Of a stretch of 42,723 nt of DNA, positions 26,499 to 38,009 are shown in pieces. Source of the DNA: Neovahlkampfia damariscottae (taxonomy: Eukaryota); NCBI GenBank assembly GCA_016618085.1, contig JABLTG010000166.1, forward strand, positions 1-42,723. Direction: 5' to 3'. A model generated the notes under the pieces. It ran no database searches and had not been told where the DNA came from. It saw only the letters and a list, made by a program, of their open reading frames with translations. The position numbers and the translations under genes were made by a program. Every line of letters begins with the position of its first letter. Positions within the stretch are counted from its first letter, which is position 1.

Positions 26499-26521
26499 TT
26501 TCTGGATCATTTCGTCTTGTT
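26499..26521 (+). promoter_or_regulatory. Candidate 5S upstream element (-36 to -14), copy 1
   Basis: TTTCTGGATcAttTcGTCTTGTT matches the element at identical spacing before the second 5S copy. Confidence 0.5.
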
Positions 26522-26534
26522 ATGAGTAACTGTC

Positions 26535-26653
26535 GCTTACGGCCATACTTAGGAGAATACACCGCATCCCGTCCGATTTGCGAAGTTAAGCTCCTACAGG
26601 CTCTCCTAGTACTAGGGTGGGAGACCACCTGGGAACCGGGAGTGTTGTAAGCT
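26535..26653 (+). rRNA. 5S rRNA: 5S rRNA gene, intact
   Basis: GCTTACGGCCATAC...CCGATTTGCGAAGTTAAGC...TAGTACTAGGGTGGGAGACCACCTGGGAA...TGTAAGC, 119 nt, with 5'/3' stem GCTTAC/GTAAGC. Confidence 0.97.
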
Positions 26654-26658
26654 TTTTT
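26653..26658 (+). terminator. Pol III oligo-T terminator of the 5S gene
   Basis: TTTTTT directly after the 5S 3' end. Confidence 0.85.
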
Positions 26659-27488
26659 ATTCAAAACAATTTAATGAGAAATTAAAAGTATATCGATATA
26701 GTCTCTTTTTATATTTTTTTTCAAATCTCAAAAATAAAATTTCAGTTTTGTCTCCATAACAGTTTTGACATTTTCGTCCAATCAGTTTTCTTGTTTGCTT
26801 AAGATGAATGAAAAATTCAAATTAAAAAAATAACAGTTATATCATCCATAGGGATTAATGAAGGTACATTTGTGTAACAAACAGACCAACTTCATTCGAT
26901 TAAATAACAATTGCATAAATAGAAATATTTCAAAATATAAGTTTTATTTTGGTTTCCATTCGGAATCTCCATGATTTAAAGTCGATTTGCAGTCCAGTAG
27001 TAGTGAAAGTAGAAAGACCGGCTGGGAATTTAACTTTTTTTAATTTTCATTCAACTTTGAAGTGAAAAAAGTACATTTTCAGTTTTTTTATTTTTTTTCA
27101 CTAAATCCCCAGATACCATCAGAGAAGTTTTCATGACATCTCAACTTGGAAGTTTTTTGTGATTTGAAATTTTTACTTTTTGAAACAATAATCTTGATTC
27201 TTTTCTGATATTCCTGAGGATACTTACTAACTTTCTCTGTCGAACCTTTCCAATAACTTGCCACACACCACAAGAATTTTAATTCTATTTTGTTTGAAAG
27301 TAAAGTTGACATGTTCATATGTTTTAGATCATTTATTTTCTTAACTTTAAGTCAGTTCTCGCACCAATGTTCTGCCATTTTCAAGTCTATGAGATGAATC
27401 AATAGTTTTCAGATAAAGATGGTTATTTTAAAAAAAATAAAAAAAGAATAAAATGTATTGACCGTTTTATTTTATCCAATCATAAATA

Positions 27489-29162
27489 ATGTTTACCAGC
27501 GGATCAGAGAGTGAAGCAACACTTCCATACCTTGAAGTGGAGTTGATAGAAGGAAAAAACCTGGCTATTAGAGATTCGAATGGAAAAAGTGACCCTTTTG
27601 TGATTTTTAGAACACCAAATTCAAAAGTGAAAAGTAAAACAATCATGAAAAACTTGAATCCAGTTTGGAATCAAAAATTAACAGTGCCATTAACTCGTAA
27701 ATTAATACAGGAAAAAGGTGTTTTGGAAGGTATTACAAATTGTTTTATTTTTTAAACACATTTTCAAGTTGAATGTTGGGATTATGATTTCTTGAGCTCT
27801 AATGATTTTATGGGATGTACAAAAGTGGAATTAGATAATTTAGAAGACGGAAAAATAAGTAGATTCGAGAAAAAACTGGACCTTGTTGAATCAGGAAGTT
27901 TGGTGTTTACAATAAAACCAATAAATTTTCAAGCACAATTAAACCCAATGGCCATGAAACGAATGGCATCTTTGAAGAGTCCTGAAGAAATTATTTTAGA
28001 AAAACTAAAAAATTCAAGAGGAAAAAAATTGGATCAAAATTCATTACAATCTTGGTCTCGAAATTTATCTGATCCAGAACGTCTAAAAGATACTTATTTA
28101 GCTACTAATTGGGTTGATTCATTAGAAATGCAAAAGAAAATAGATGAAATAAAGGATGAGGAAGAACAAGATAATGACACAAAAAATACTTTTCCAATAG
28201 ATCCAGAAGAAGAAGAAAATGAACAAGAAGAAGAAATCACACAAAAATTTTCAAAAGAATTGAAAATCAAATTATTGTTTGTAGATCATATGAAAGATGA
28301 TAATTTTCAAAACAATATCAGGAAATTGATTTCTCCAGTAATTAGTGAAATTGGTGATTATTCTAAATTTGGTTTATTTCATACAGCTTTATTGATTGGT
28401 CCTTGGTTGTTGGAATGGACAGATAGTGCATTGTGTATTCCAAGAAAATGTGTTTCTAAAGCTGCTTTCTTAACAGCTGATGTTGGTGAAATCACAACCA
28501 AAGAATCATTAGAATCCATTCGAGATAAATTAGCAAAAGTTATAATTGATTGGAACGTGAATTATGGTTACACAACAATTTCTATGCACAAAAAGAATGC
28601 CGGAAATTGTCAAGATTTTTTGGATTCAATTTTTCTTGAATTGGGATTAGAATTCAAATTTGAAGGAGCTCTTGGTGAATTTATCAAATCATTGAAAAAA
28701 AATGGAACAGCAAAATTGAAATACCCAGTTTCTGATGAAATCAAAACCAAATTTGATATTTCAGAAAATGAGATTGAATTCAAAACACATCAAGAATTGG
28801 ATATTTTTGTGAAAAAATTATTCAAAAAAGATTTCACTTTTGATTTATCATACAAAGGAGATTATAATTTATTGAAAAGTTTCGATCGTGCATTTTGGTT
28901 GAAACATTTGAAGTGTAGAAATGAACTCAGATATATTACTAATGCTTTAGCACTGAATAAAGAAAAGTATATTCAATACGGAACCAATGCTTTAAAAACT
29001 AAAATTGAAAAAATTGAGAGTGATTTGGAATTTCAGAATAGTGTGAACGAATTTTCGAAACCTTATGAAGATCCAAAGAGAGAGAAAATAGAAGATGAAG
29101 ATGAGGAAGATGAAACTGATTGTCCATTTGGTCATCCTGCAGCAACTAGATCTTTTTGGTGA
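27489..29162 (+). CDS. C2-domain protein with C-terminal permuted papain-fold (PPPDE/LRAT-like) domain
   Basis: C2: EGKNLAIRDSNGKSDPFV, KNLNPVWNQ, WDYDFLSSNDFMG. Later GLFHTALLIG (His) and GNCQDF (Cys). Intron near 27730-27767. Confidence 0.8.
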
Positions 29163-29460
29163 ATAAAAATCTTTCCAAAAAACTTTTCACTTCATCTGAT
29201 AATTCATTTCTATTTCTAACAAATTTCTTATGTTCATATTTTTGTATTTTTCAATTTCAGGAATCCAATGACGCCACATTCTGCTTTATCAATATCATCA
29301 TACCTTTTGTCGATAAAGATTATTGATTTGGAATATTGAATGCAATTTCTTTCAATGAGATTCCTGTGCAATTCGATATAAACTTTGATCGAACAAAGAT
29401 GTTTGACCTGATAAAATTTTGAAAAAGACAATTCAATTTTTGGTAGTTCTATTTATTTAT

Positions 29461-29483
29461 TTTCTGGATGACCTTGTCTTGTT
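29461..29483 (+). promoter_or_regulatory. Candidate 5S upstream element (-36 to -14), copy 2
   Basis: TTTCTGGATgAccTtGTCTTGTT, 19 of 23 positions identical to copy 1 and at the same distance from +1. Confidence 0.5.
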
Positions 29484-29496
29484 GATTATTTCGTTC

Positions 29497-29854
29497 GCTT
29501 ACCGCCATACTTAGGAGAATACACCGCATCCCGTCCGATTTGCGAAGTTAAACTCCTACAGACTCTCCTAGTACTAGGGTGGGAGACCACTGTTACATGC
29601 GGAACAAAGTTGTATTAAACATAGATAAACATATCCGAATTAGGCTATTCAAATATCCATATTTAGCGATTACACGACCTAAAGTAAACTATCTATTTCA
29701 GATGCAACCTTCTACTTCGGAGCTTTACACCAATCGGAACTAGGCATGAGAGCTATAAAAGCGCATTAAAATAACTAATAAACATTCACAACTTTCGAAT
29801 ACTATCTCCAGACAGTCCTCTTTAACCACCTGGGAACCGGGAGTGTTGTAAGCT
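29497..29854 (+). pseudogene. 5S rRNA: 5S rRNA gene interrupted by an insertion
   Basis: 5S nt 1-94 lie at 29497-29590 and the remainder resumes at 29830, followed by oligo-T. Three substitutions relative to the intact copy. Confidence 0.93.
29591..29824 (+). mobile_element. 234-bp insertion with 5-bp target-site duplication ACCAC; solo-LTR-like
   Basis: ACCAC at 29586-29590 and 29825-29829 but only once in the intact gene. Starts TGTTA and contains CCAAT (29730), TATAAAA (29754) and AATAAA (29777) in LTR order. No ORF. Confidence 0.8.
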
Positions 29855-30103
29855 TTTTATTTTTCAACTCAATTCTTCAAAGCAAGAAACAAGATTTGGA
29901 ACTTCTATATTTATTTTTTCTTGTTTTTGTGAAGAATTTGTGCATGTTCGTTTTCTCTTGTTTTCATTGTCATTCAAAGTGAAGGCCATACCAATACTAA
30001 TTGCACCAAGATTTCTTGTTTTATCATTTTTCAATGATGTTTGACTGCTCCAGATAAATTGAAAAACAGGAGAATGTGATTGGATAGTTAGTATTCAAAA
30101 AAA

Positions 30104-31311
30104 ATGAACCAACAGTTGACGCAACCGTGGTTATTATACCAAACAAAAGATGGATCAATTCACTACTACAACACTTCTACAAAAGAATCAACATGGAAAA
30201 AACCAAAAGACTACAACGATAACCAAATCATTTATGGACAAATAATTCGAAGCATAACATCAAAGTAAAAAAAAAAAAAAAAAAAACTAACAAAAACATA
30301 TAGAAAAAGAATAAATGAAACATGGCAAAAAATATATTTGAATACAGGAGAACAATTCTATTTTAACACAAAACAAAAAATTTCTCAATGGAATTCACCA
30401 AAGGAAGAAGAAGAGTACAAAAAAAAAAGATTAATCCGATTTAGAGTTGAAACACCTCTTCAAAATATCCAAAAATTTCAAAGTTTACTTTCAGAATCAA
30501 AAATTACAAAACATATGACTTGGGAAGAAGCAATTCCTTTTGTTTGCTTTGATGAAAGATATTTGCGTAATTTTTAAAGTTTATTCTAATTTTTTCATCC
30601 TTAGTGATACCAAAAAATGAAAGGAAAAAAATTTTTGAAGATTTTTTAAAAGAAGAAATTCAAAATTCAAAAAGTAAAATGATCACAAAAAAAAAAGAAT
30701 CCATTGAAAAATTCAAAGAGTTACTCAAAGAAATACCAATAGATAACACCTTGAATTATTATTCATTCACTCAAAAATATTCAAAAGACCAAAGATTCAA
30801 TTTACTTTCAAATGCAGACAGAGAAACATTATTCAAAGAGTATTATGTACCTTTACAAGGAAAAATTGAACAAAAACAAGTTGTCGATGAACATTTGATC
30901 AAAGAATTCTTGATAGATTTAGAAAATCAAATTTCATATTTTTCAATAAACACAAAATGGAGCGACGTAAAAAATAGATTTCTTTCAAATGAAAAATATC
31001 AATTTGAAGGTTCAAATGAAATTCTAGAAAAGGAATTTTATGGTTTTTTATTTGAAAAATTTGAACAGAGAGAAGAAAGTTCTGGTGAAGATCCGGAGAA
31101 TTTTGTAATTACAAAAAATCCAAAAGATGTTTTTGAGTCATTACTGAAAGAGTTTCATGATCAAAAAAAAATTACAGCTCAACATCCGACTCATGGGATG
31201 AAGTTTAAACTTTTAAAAAAATCATTGGCCAAAGATGAAAGATTTAATAGTATTGATGAAGATATAGTTGATGAAACAATTTCAAATTTTATTTGGCGTT
31301 TAAAAAAATAA
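30104..31311 (+). CDS. WW- and FF-domain protein (PRP40/TCERG1-like)
   Basis: Two WW domains (WLLYQTKDGSIHYYNTSTKESTWKKP; WQKIYLNTGEQFYFNTKQKISQWNSP) followed by FF repeats (FQSLL...TWEEA...DERY...ERKKIF). Two introns. Confidence 0.85.
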
Positions 31312-31441
31312 TACAATCTCGTAGGTGGAGCACTTTTATTGGTGAACCTAAAAAAAAAATGAACCAATCATGATAATTTTTCTTATTTAACAAAAAGATT
31401 TTTCACTTTGAAAGTAAAAGCAACTGGTGAAGGAGAGGATC

Positions 31442-32004
31442 ATGTCAAACAGAAAGCGTAAGAAATTGGAAAATTTGACTGAAATTATTCCAGAAAGTGA
31501 TATCTATGATACTTGGGCTCCATATCTCTCTCAATTAAATGCTGTTTCACTGGACAGTCCAAAAGAAGGAGGATCACTTTTTGACATTTTTGAATCACCT
31601 TCTTCAGAAAATTTCCAAGAAACAACAACACCACGTAAGATAAACAGGAAATTAACAGGATTTTAGAATCAGAAGTATCAACACCAACAACACCATTAAA
31701 TTTAATTTCAAATGATGATTTAAATCTTGCTGATAAAGTGCAACTTGCTGCTGACAGAAAGTATCAAAAAAAAAAATTGAGACAAACTTGTAAAAAATCA
31801 TGCTCTGATAAAAAATGTGAAAAAGGTCAATACTTTGAAAATGAAAAAGATGCACCTTTAAAAATTAGAGTCAGAAAAGGTCAAACCACTGTTTGTGAAT
31901 GTGGTGAACCAATTAGATACTTTTACAATGGAGAAAGAGTACCAAACAGTGGATTGCCATCACCATCAAAAGTAACAGGAAAAGAAAATGAATCTCCTTT
32001 TTGA
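31442..32004 (+). CDS. Hypothetical protein with basic NLS-like start and C-terminal Cys cluster
   Basis: MSNRKRKK..., one intron near 31635-31666, then CSDKKC and CECG motifs. Confidence 0.6.
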
Positions 32005-32178
32005 ATTGCTCTTCTATTATTTATTTCAAAATAAAAATTAATATTTTTGTTTTTTTTTTCATTCGAAGGAATTATTGATCTTTGATCAAAACTGCAATAG
32101 AAAATAAAAAAAATGTTTAATGATATCTTATTGTGAGGGTTTTAATATTCTTCTTTCTTTGTTCTTGGCAATTGATTT

Positions 32179-32598
32179 TTATTTTGCATCTTCTAATTCT
32201 CGCAAGAACTTTTGACTATAGCTGGTAACTTGGAGAGGATTCCTTGTTTTTACGTATAATTTTGATATATCTGTCCATCTTCTTCCAATTTCTTTGAATC
32301 CTCGTTCAAAATTCTGAATTTCTTCAACAGACCATTTTCCAGAATTTGGTTTTGGTATTTCAGTTTTTTGTTTTTTTTTATGTGATGAGTTGTCATACGA
32401 GTGAAGGTCTATATACAAATTGTATGGTCTTTTTTGTTTTTTTGGATTTGTAGTTCTGATTTTTGAATTTTGTTTTGTTCCACCTGGTGCGGAATTTGGT
32501 GTCATGGTATCAGTCATCTCAGAAGGAAGTGGACCTGAGCAGAGTTCAGGTGCTTCTTTGTTGTTTAGTAGAAACTCCAGTGTGTTTTTTTTTGACAT
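32179..32598 (-). CDS. Single-repeat Myb/SANT protein (SHAQKYF-like)
   Basis: GKWSVEEIQNFERGFKEIGRRWTDISKLYVKTRNPLQVTSYSQKF. Confidence 0.88.
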   Translation of the reverse strand: MSKKNTLEFLLNNKEAPELCSGPLPSEMTDTMTPNSAPGGTKQNSKIRTTNPKKQKRPYNLYIDLHSYDNSSHKKKQKTEIPKPNSGKWSVEEIQNFERGFKEIGRRWTDISKLYVKTRNPLQVTSYSQKFLRELEDAK

Positions 32599-32786
32599 TT
32601 TTTGAGAAAGGCAATCGATTTGATTGGTCAATAAAACAAATAAGGAAGGTTTATCTCCGTTTTCGGGTAACAAAAAGTCTCATGAATTTAACTTAAAAAG
32701 TAATCTGGAGGCAGAAATTAAGTTTTTCATTTTCAGATTATTTAAGGTAATTGCTCCAATCATCATAAGATCACAAAAAAATCAAA

Positions 32787-33565
32787 ATGTTTGAAAAAGT
32801 AGTGCGCAAAGTGCATTCATTACCAAAGTTGAACTTTCCACTTGATAAAGGGATTCCACCTTGTATGTCTCCTCTTCAACTTGAAAAACATTACAGTCAT
32901 CATCATGCAAACTATGTTAAAAACTTGAATGAATTGATCAAAGGAACCAATTTTGAAAAACAACTTTTATGGGAAATTGTAAGAGGATCCCATGGACGCC
33001 CAGAGTTTCAAAAGATTTTCAATAATTCAGCTCAACATTTCAATCATTCATTTTTTTGGAGTTGCATGAAACCAAAATCATATGGAAACAAAGATGGCGC
33101 TGAAAACTTGATTTATGAAATTACAGCCCAATTTGGATCATTTGAAAACTTACAAAGAAAAGTAAACCTATTTCCAATCTCTTAATCTTTTTAGTTCAAC
33201 GAAAAAGCACTTGAACTTTTTGGAAGGTTATTTTTTTTTTTTTTGATTTAAATTTAGTGGATGGGTTTGGCTTGTTGTCAAAGGTGAAACTTTAGAGGTT
33301 TGGTCAGGTTCAAATGCTGAAACACCAATAGTTGAAAATTTACATCCTCTACTTGTTTGTGATGTTTGGGAACATTCTGTGAGCCAATCATTTCATCTAA
33401 ATTTTTTTCCAGTATTATGTTGATTATTACAACAATAGAGCAGAGTACATGGACAACTTCTGGCATGTTGTTGATTGGAAGTTTTGCGGAAAGCAGTATG
33501 ATCTCCATGTTGAAGAATTCAAGAATTTAGACCGTGGTGCTTCAGGGTATGATGACATGTCTTAG
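32787..33565 (+). CDS. Fe/Mn superoxide dismutase (Fe-type signature), possibly mitochondrial
   Basis: [39 protein letters not shown] across three introns. Confidence 0.9.
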
Positions 33566-33661
33566 AAATAAGTCTACTAAACCTTCCAAAAAAAACCTAA
33601 ACCAATAAAGATTCTTTGGAAGGTGTAAACCAATGAAAAAACAATTTCGGAGTTTGGAAGA

Positions 33662-34379
33662 ATGAAGCAAGTGTTGTTTGTCTCTCTTCTCTGTCTTTTT
33701 ATTTCATTGGTTTCAAGTCAAATCATTGAAGCAACCAAATGGCCACCAAAATTCTCAGCAAGTGTTACACTCACAAATGTTTCAACAAAAACTAATGTAG
33801 TCGCTAATATGCCTCAATGGTAAGTCAAAATTGATTTTTTCATTTTTAAAGGTATGATTATGAACATAAAATATATAGAATTGAACATAAACCTTACTGT
33901 TTTCCAATGGAAGAGAATCCAATTGCAGAAGATTGCACTTTCATTTTCACAAGTAAAGTTGGTTATTTAGTATCAGAAACAAGAGAACCACGTTGTTGTA
34001 TATCAACAAAAGTAGGTTTACAAAAACCTGAATGGACTAAAATTGGAAAATTCTTAGCAACTGCCGTGATTGATGGTGTGAAAACAAAAATTTGTAAAAA
34101 TTGATCTTGTATTGACTTTTTTTTCAAGTTACTCAATACCCATCTGGTTTCGTTTACATGGAAAGAGATGATAATGGAATGCCATTTCGTGTTTTACATA
34201 ATCGTTTATTACATGCAAATAAGAGTCCAACTCAAGTTCAAACAAATTATAATTATGTTAGAAGGGAAGAAAAAATTAATCCAAAATATTTGCAAGTGCC
34301 AAGTTTTTGTGCTTCTGCACGACCTTGTGATGCAAAAACAACCGAAAAAGTAGAAACAATGTATTCATTTGGAAAGTAA
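33662..34379 (+). CDS. Secreted protein, probably ependymin-related/LolA-like fold
   Basis: Signal peptide, WPPKFSA, WYDYEHKIYRI, CC and VPSFC. Two introns. Family call is by motif resemblance only. Confidence 0.6.
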
Positions 34380-34500
34380 GTTGATACATCAAAAAAAAAA
34401 AGTTTTTCAGATTTGAATAAAATAGTTTAGTGCTCACTTTCGATGGATTTTAAATTTATTTTTTTCGGTGAAATTTTCATTGGTTCATTATTCTCCTATC

Positions 34501-36957
34501 ATGTCAGAAATCAACAGTGAGAATTACTCATTTGAAGCAATTTTTGACAATGAAGAATCCAAAAAAGTATTCAAAAAATATATGGAACAGACTTATGTCT
34601 CTGAAATGTATACAGAAAACAATTTTTTTTTACTTTTGTCAAAAGGTACGAGTTTTTGGAACAAGTTGACGACTATGTTTTATTGAGATCAAATATAAAC
34701 AGAAAATATAAAGCAAAAAAAATTGTAGAGACTTATATTCTTCCAAAATCACCAGGAGAGATAAATATTCCTGAAAAAACAAGAAAACAAGTTTTAGAGT
34801 CCTACGAAGAAGCTTTGAATAATTTGACAACTTTTAATCATTCTTTATTTATTCCTGCTCAACAAATAGTCCATCATGATTTGACTTTTGATGTATTTCC
34901 AAGATTTGTTGAAACTGAAGATTTCAAAAAATTTATGAAAACTGAACAAAAGAGATTGGGCGACAATGATTTTGGAAATATTTATTTATTATCAGAAGAA
35001 CAAAAAAAAGAAAATTTAGCTTATTTTGATGCTTATAAACAATTTAAAGAGGGAATGGATTCAAAATTGCATGATCAGATGTTAAAAAAGAAAAAATCAA
35101 TGTTCGATGATTTACCTAACCGTTTTGAATTCAATGAGGAAGAAATCAAACCATTACTTGAATATTTCCAATCTAAAGACTATATTACTGAAATAATCAT
35201 TGAAATGTCAAAGCCAATTGTTGGAATACCATTATACCGTGCTAAAGGATTTTTCACAAAGAGTTCGAATAAAAGAGAATTTTTAGGATCTGAAGCAATA
35301 AAATGGATAAAAAATTACACGTTTACAAGTCAAGAATCCTGTATTGTTGATTTACTGAATTTTTTCATTGCCAAAAAAATTATCAATCCAAAGGATACCA
35401 AAAAGACAAAATTTGATCCAAAAGGAATTTATTCATTTGGATTCAAGAAGAAAGTAGTGATCATTGGGGGTGGTTTTTCCGGTGTCTTTGCAGCAAAAAC
35501 TTTAAAAGATGATTTTGAAGTTGTTGTGATTGATGCAAAACCTAATCTAGAATACATAATGTAAGAAGAAACATATAAACTTATTCATGTTCAAGGAGTT
35601 TTTATAAAGTAGTTTCAAACCCAACTTTATTGAATAAATATGAATTACCAATATCAAAATGTGTGAATGGATGTAAAACTATTCAAGGAAGAGTAACAGC
35701 AATTTCACCAGCAGGAATCTATCTTCAAGATAAATCAGTTATTTTATTTGATTATTTGGTTTGGTTATTATTATTTTAACTCTTTAGATTGTTGCCACAG
35801 GTTCCAATTATGTTGTTCCTTTTGATGTAAATGTCAAATTGAATCAAGATTCTTATCACAAAAGTGAATTAGAATTGGTGGACGAAGAACCTCAAAAGCA
35901 AGCATCCATAATAATTCCTTATTCAAGCAAATCGATACTGCATGCTTATTATAATGTTAGAAATGCCAGAAACATTGTGATTGTAGGTGGAGGACCTGTG
36001 GCACTTGAATGTGCTGGTGATTTATGTATGAATTATCCAAATACCATTGTCAACATTATAACAAGTGGGAATGGTTTTTTAGAAAGAAGAAGTAAACCTA
36101 TTCAAAAAGCAGCAACAAAAATGATGCAATACTACAAAAATGTCAAATGCTATTTCAATAGATATGTCACTAGAATTGAAGGAAATAGAGTATATTTCAA
36201 ATACAAAACATCGAAAGAGGATGTTGAAGAATCTTTTATTGAAACAGAAGCTGTTGTGATTGCAGTTGGATTTCGGCCAAATACTGGTTTATTTAGGACT
36301 TTTATGTCAGATTCTTTATCATCAAATGGATTTGTTTCAGTGAATGAATTTTTTCAGGTGAAGTTGAATCAAAATATTTACACCAACAGACAATTGGTTG
36401 AAGAAACGGAAAGTTTTATTGTGAATACAAGGGATCTTCAAATTGAAAATTTAGAAGCTGGAGATCGAGATTCTATCATTTCTATATCAGAACTTGATGA
36501 AGATGATGTTGAAATGAGTGAAGATGAAATGATGAAATTGATGAATAAGAAAGATGAAGAAGATTCGTTGAACAATGATCAAATTGAAACTATGAAGACA
36601 TCACCAAGAAGTCGAAATGCGACCGCAATTTCATTTAAAAGTGATTCTGCGGCTCATTTAAATATCTTTGCTATTGGTGATATTATTGACACAACTGAAG
36701 AAAAACTTGCATATTATGGTGAAATTCATGGAAAAAAAGTTGCAAATGTGATTTTAAATTTAGAGCAATCTATTAATCAAGAAGATTTTTTGAAAAAAAC
36801 AAAACCTTATATCTCAAAATCTGATTTCATTGCAAATATAACGATTGGGAATCAAGGTGTTTTGTTCAAAGGTGATAAATTAATTCAAAAAGGAAAACTT
36901 GTTCCTGTTGGAAAAGCCGCTTTTGAAAAATATTTCTTGGGGGTGTTGGAAAAATAA
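34501..36957 (+). CDS. RGS domain + DEP domain + AIFM2/FSP1-like FAD/NAD(P)H oxidoreductase
   Basis: RGS: AKKIVETYILPKSPGEINI, DVFPRFV. DEP: FLGSEAIKWI. Oxidoreductase: VVIIGGGFSG, IVATGS, IVIVGGGPVALECAG, NIFAIGD. Introns 34608-34645, 35561-35595 and 35759-35787 keep the frame. Confidence 0.88.
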
Positions 36958-37054
36958 TTGAGCAATAAAAATTATCGTCAAATGAGATTTTAGTTCAATC
37001 ATCAAATTGCAGAATTGATGGAAAATATGTTTTGTTTCTTATCCTTTTAAAAAT

Positions 37055-37978
37055 TTATTCAATTCCAAAATCCACCTTTTCTTCATTGGTTTCAATCTTA
37101 CTTTCCTCCAATTCCTTCTTCAAAAAATCTAAAATATCATTTTGCATTTCTTTCAAAGCAACACCCATCGAAGCACCCAATCCAATAATTGATAAATGAT
37201 CTGTTTTTTCGTACATCACTTTCTTCACTTTTTCATTTCCAATTTCTTTCAATTTTTTCTGAAATTCAGTTGCATGCTTCTCCAAACCCAAATCATAATA
37301 AGCATTGATCAAAAAAAAAGGAATATCTTTCAAATGATCTTTCAATTCAATATGCACTGGACTTGATTTCTTATAGTCTTCGCTATTTGTTCCAAAAGTT
37401 GGTTCAATCACAAATTTTCTTGGAAGATATTGTTCTGAAAGATTTTGAATATCATAAACTCCTGATATCCCAACACAAGCTTTTATAATTGAAGGACTAA
37501 CATCTCTTTCTTTTAAATATGAATCTTCTACTGTCAATAAAGAAACTAAATGACCACCAGCACTATGTCCAATAAGAAAAATTGAATTTGGATCTCCTGA
37601 ATATTTAGAAATGTTTTTAGTTGTCCATAAAATGCAATCTGCAAGATCATTTGCTTGTGTAGGAAATTTTTCAAGTCTGTAAGAAGGAACAACAACAACA
37701 AATCCGTGTGAAACAAAAAATTGAGCAAATCTTGAATAAACGTCGAAGTACCAGTGATTTCTATCACCTCTTTTCCAAGAACCTCCATGTACAAAAATAA
37801 TGGTCGGAAATATTTTATCATCCTTTAAATTTGGAGTGAAAATGTTGCAACATAATTTGTCATTTTCTTCAACTGTATACTTTACATTTTTCTCTATTTT
37901 GAGTTCTGAATTTTCTCCAATTTTTGTTTTTTCTTCTGAACTGGAAGTTTTTTCCTTTTCAAAAAAAAAGTAATTCAT
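37055..37978 (-). CDS. Alpha/beta hydrolase (HSL-family esterase; ICME/kynurenine formamidase-like)
   Basis: IFVHGGSW, GHSAGG nucleophile elbow, ISGVYD, DH near the C-terminus. Confidence 0.9.
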   Translation of the reverse strand: MNYFFFEKEKTSSSEEKTKIGENSELKIEKNVKYTVEENDKLCCNIFTPNLKDDKIFPTIIFVHGGSWKRGDRNHWYFDVYSRFAQFFVSHGFVVVVPSYRLEKFPTQANDLADCILWTTKNISKYSGDPNSIFLIGHSAGGHLVSLLTVEDSYLKERDVSPSIIKACVGISGVYDIQNLSEQYLPRKFVIEPTFGTNSEDYKKSSPVHIELKDHLKDIPFFLINAYYDLGLEKHATEFQKKLKEIGNEKVKKVMYEKTDHLSIIGLGASMGVALKEMQNDILDFLKKELEESKIETNEEKVDFGIE

Positions 37979-38009
37979 TTTTAATTGGATGATAAAAATA
38001 ACTTTTATT

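Noticed and set aside
26425..26664. 79-aa minus-strand ORF
   Set aside because: Antisense shadow of the 5S rRNA gene.
27088..27378. Minus-strand frame MAEHWCEN-TGA-LKV... giving a CxxU-like selenoprotein motif
   Set aside because: The downstream sequence does not resemble a thioredoxin-like fold and I could not find a convincing SECIS. More likely chance or a decayed gene; a SECIS search and homologs with Cys at this site would be needed.
29591..29824. 5S insert as a spliceosomal or self-splicing intron
   Set aside because: No GT-AG ends in any register of the ACCAC repeat, far longer than local introns, and no recognisable group I/II core. The target duplication points to transposition.
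29234..30060. Short minus-strand coding-like fragments flanking the interrupted 5S gene
   Set aside because: No recognisable motif or consistent gene model, and no RT, integrase or transposase signature.
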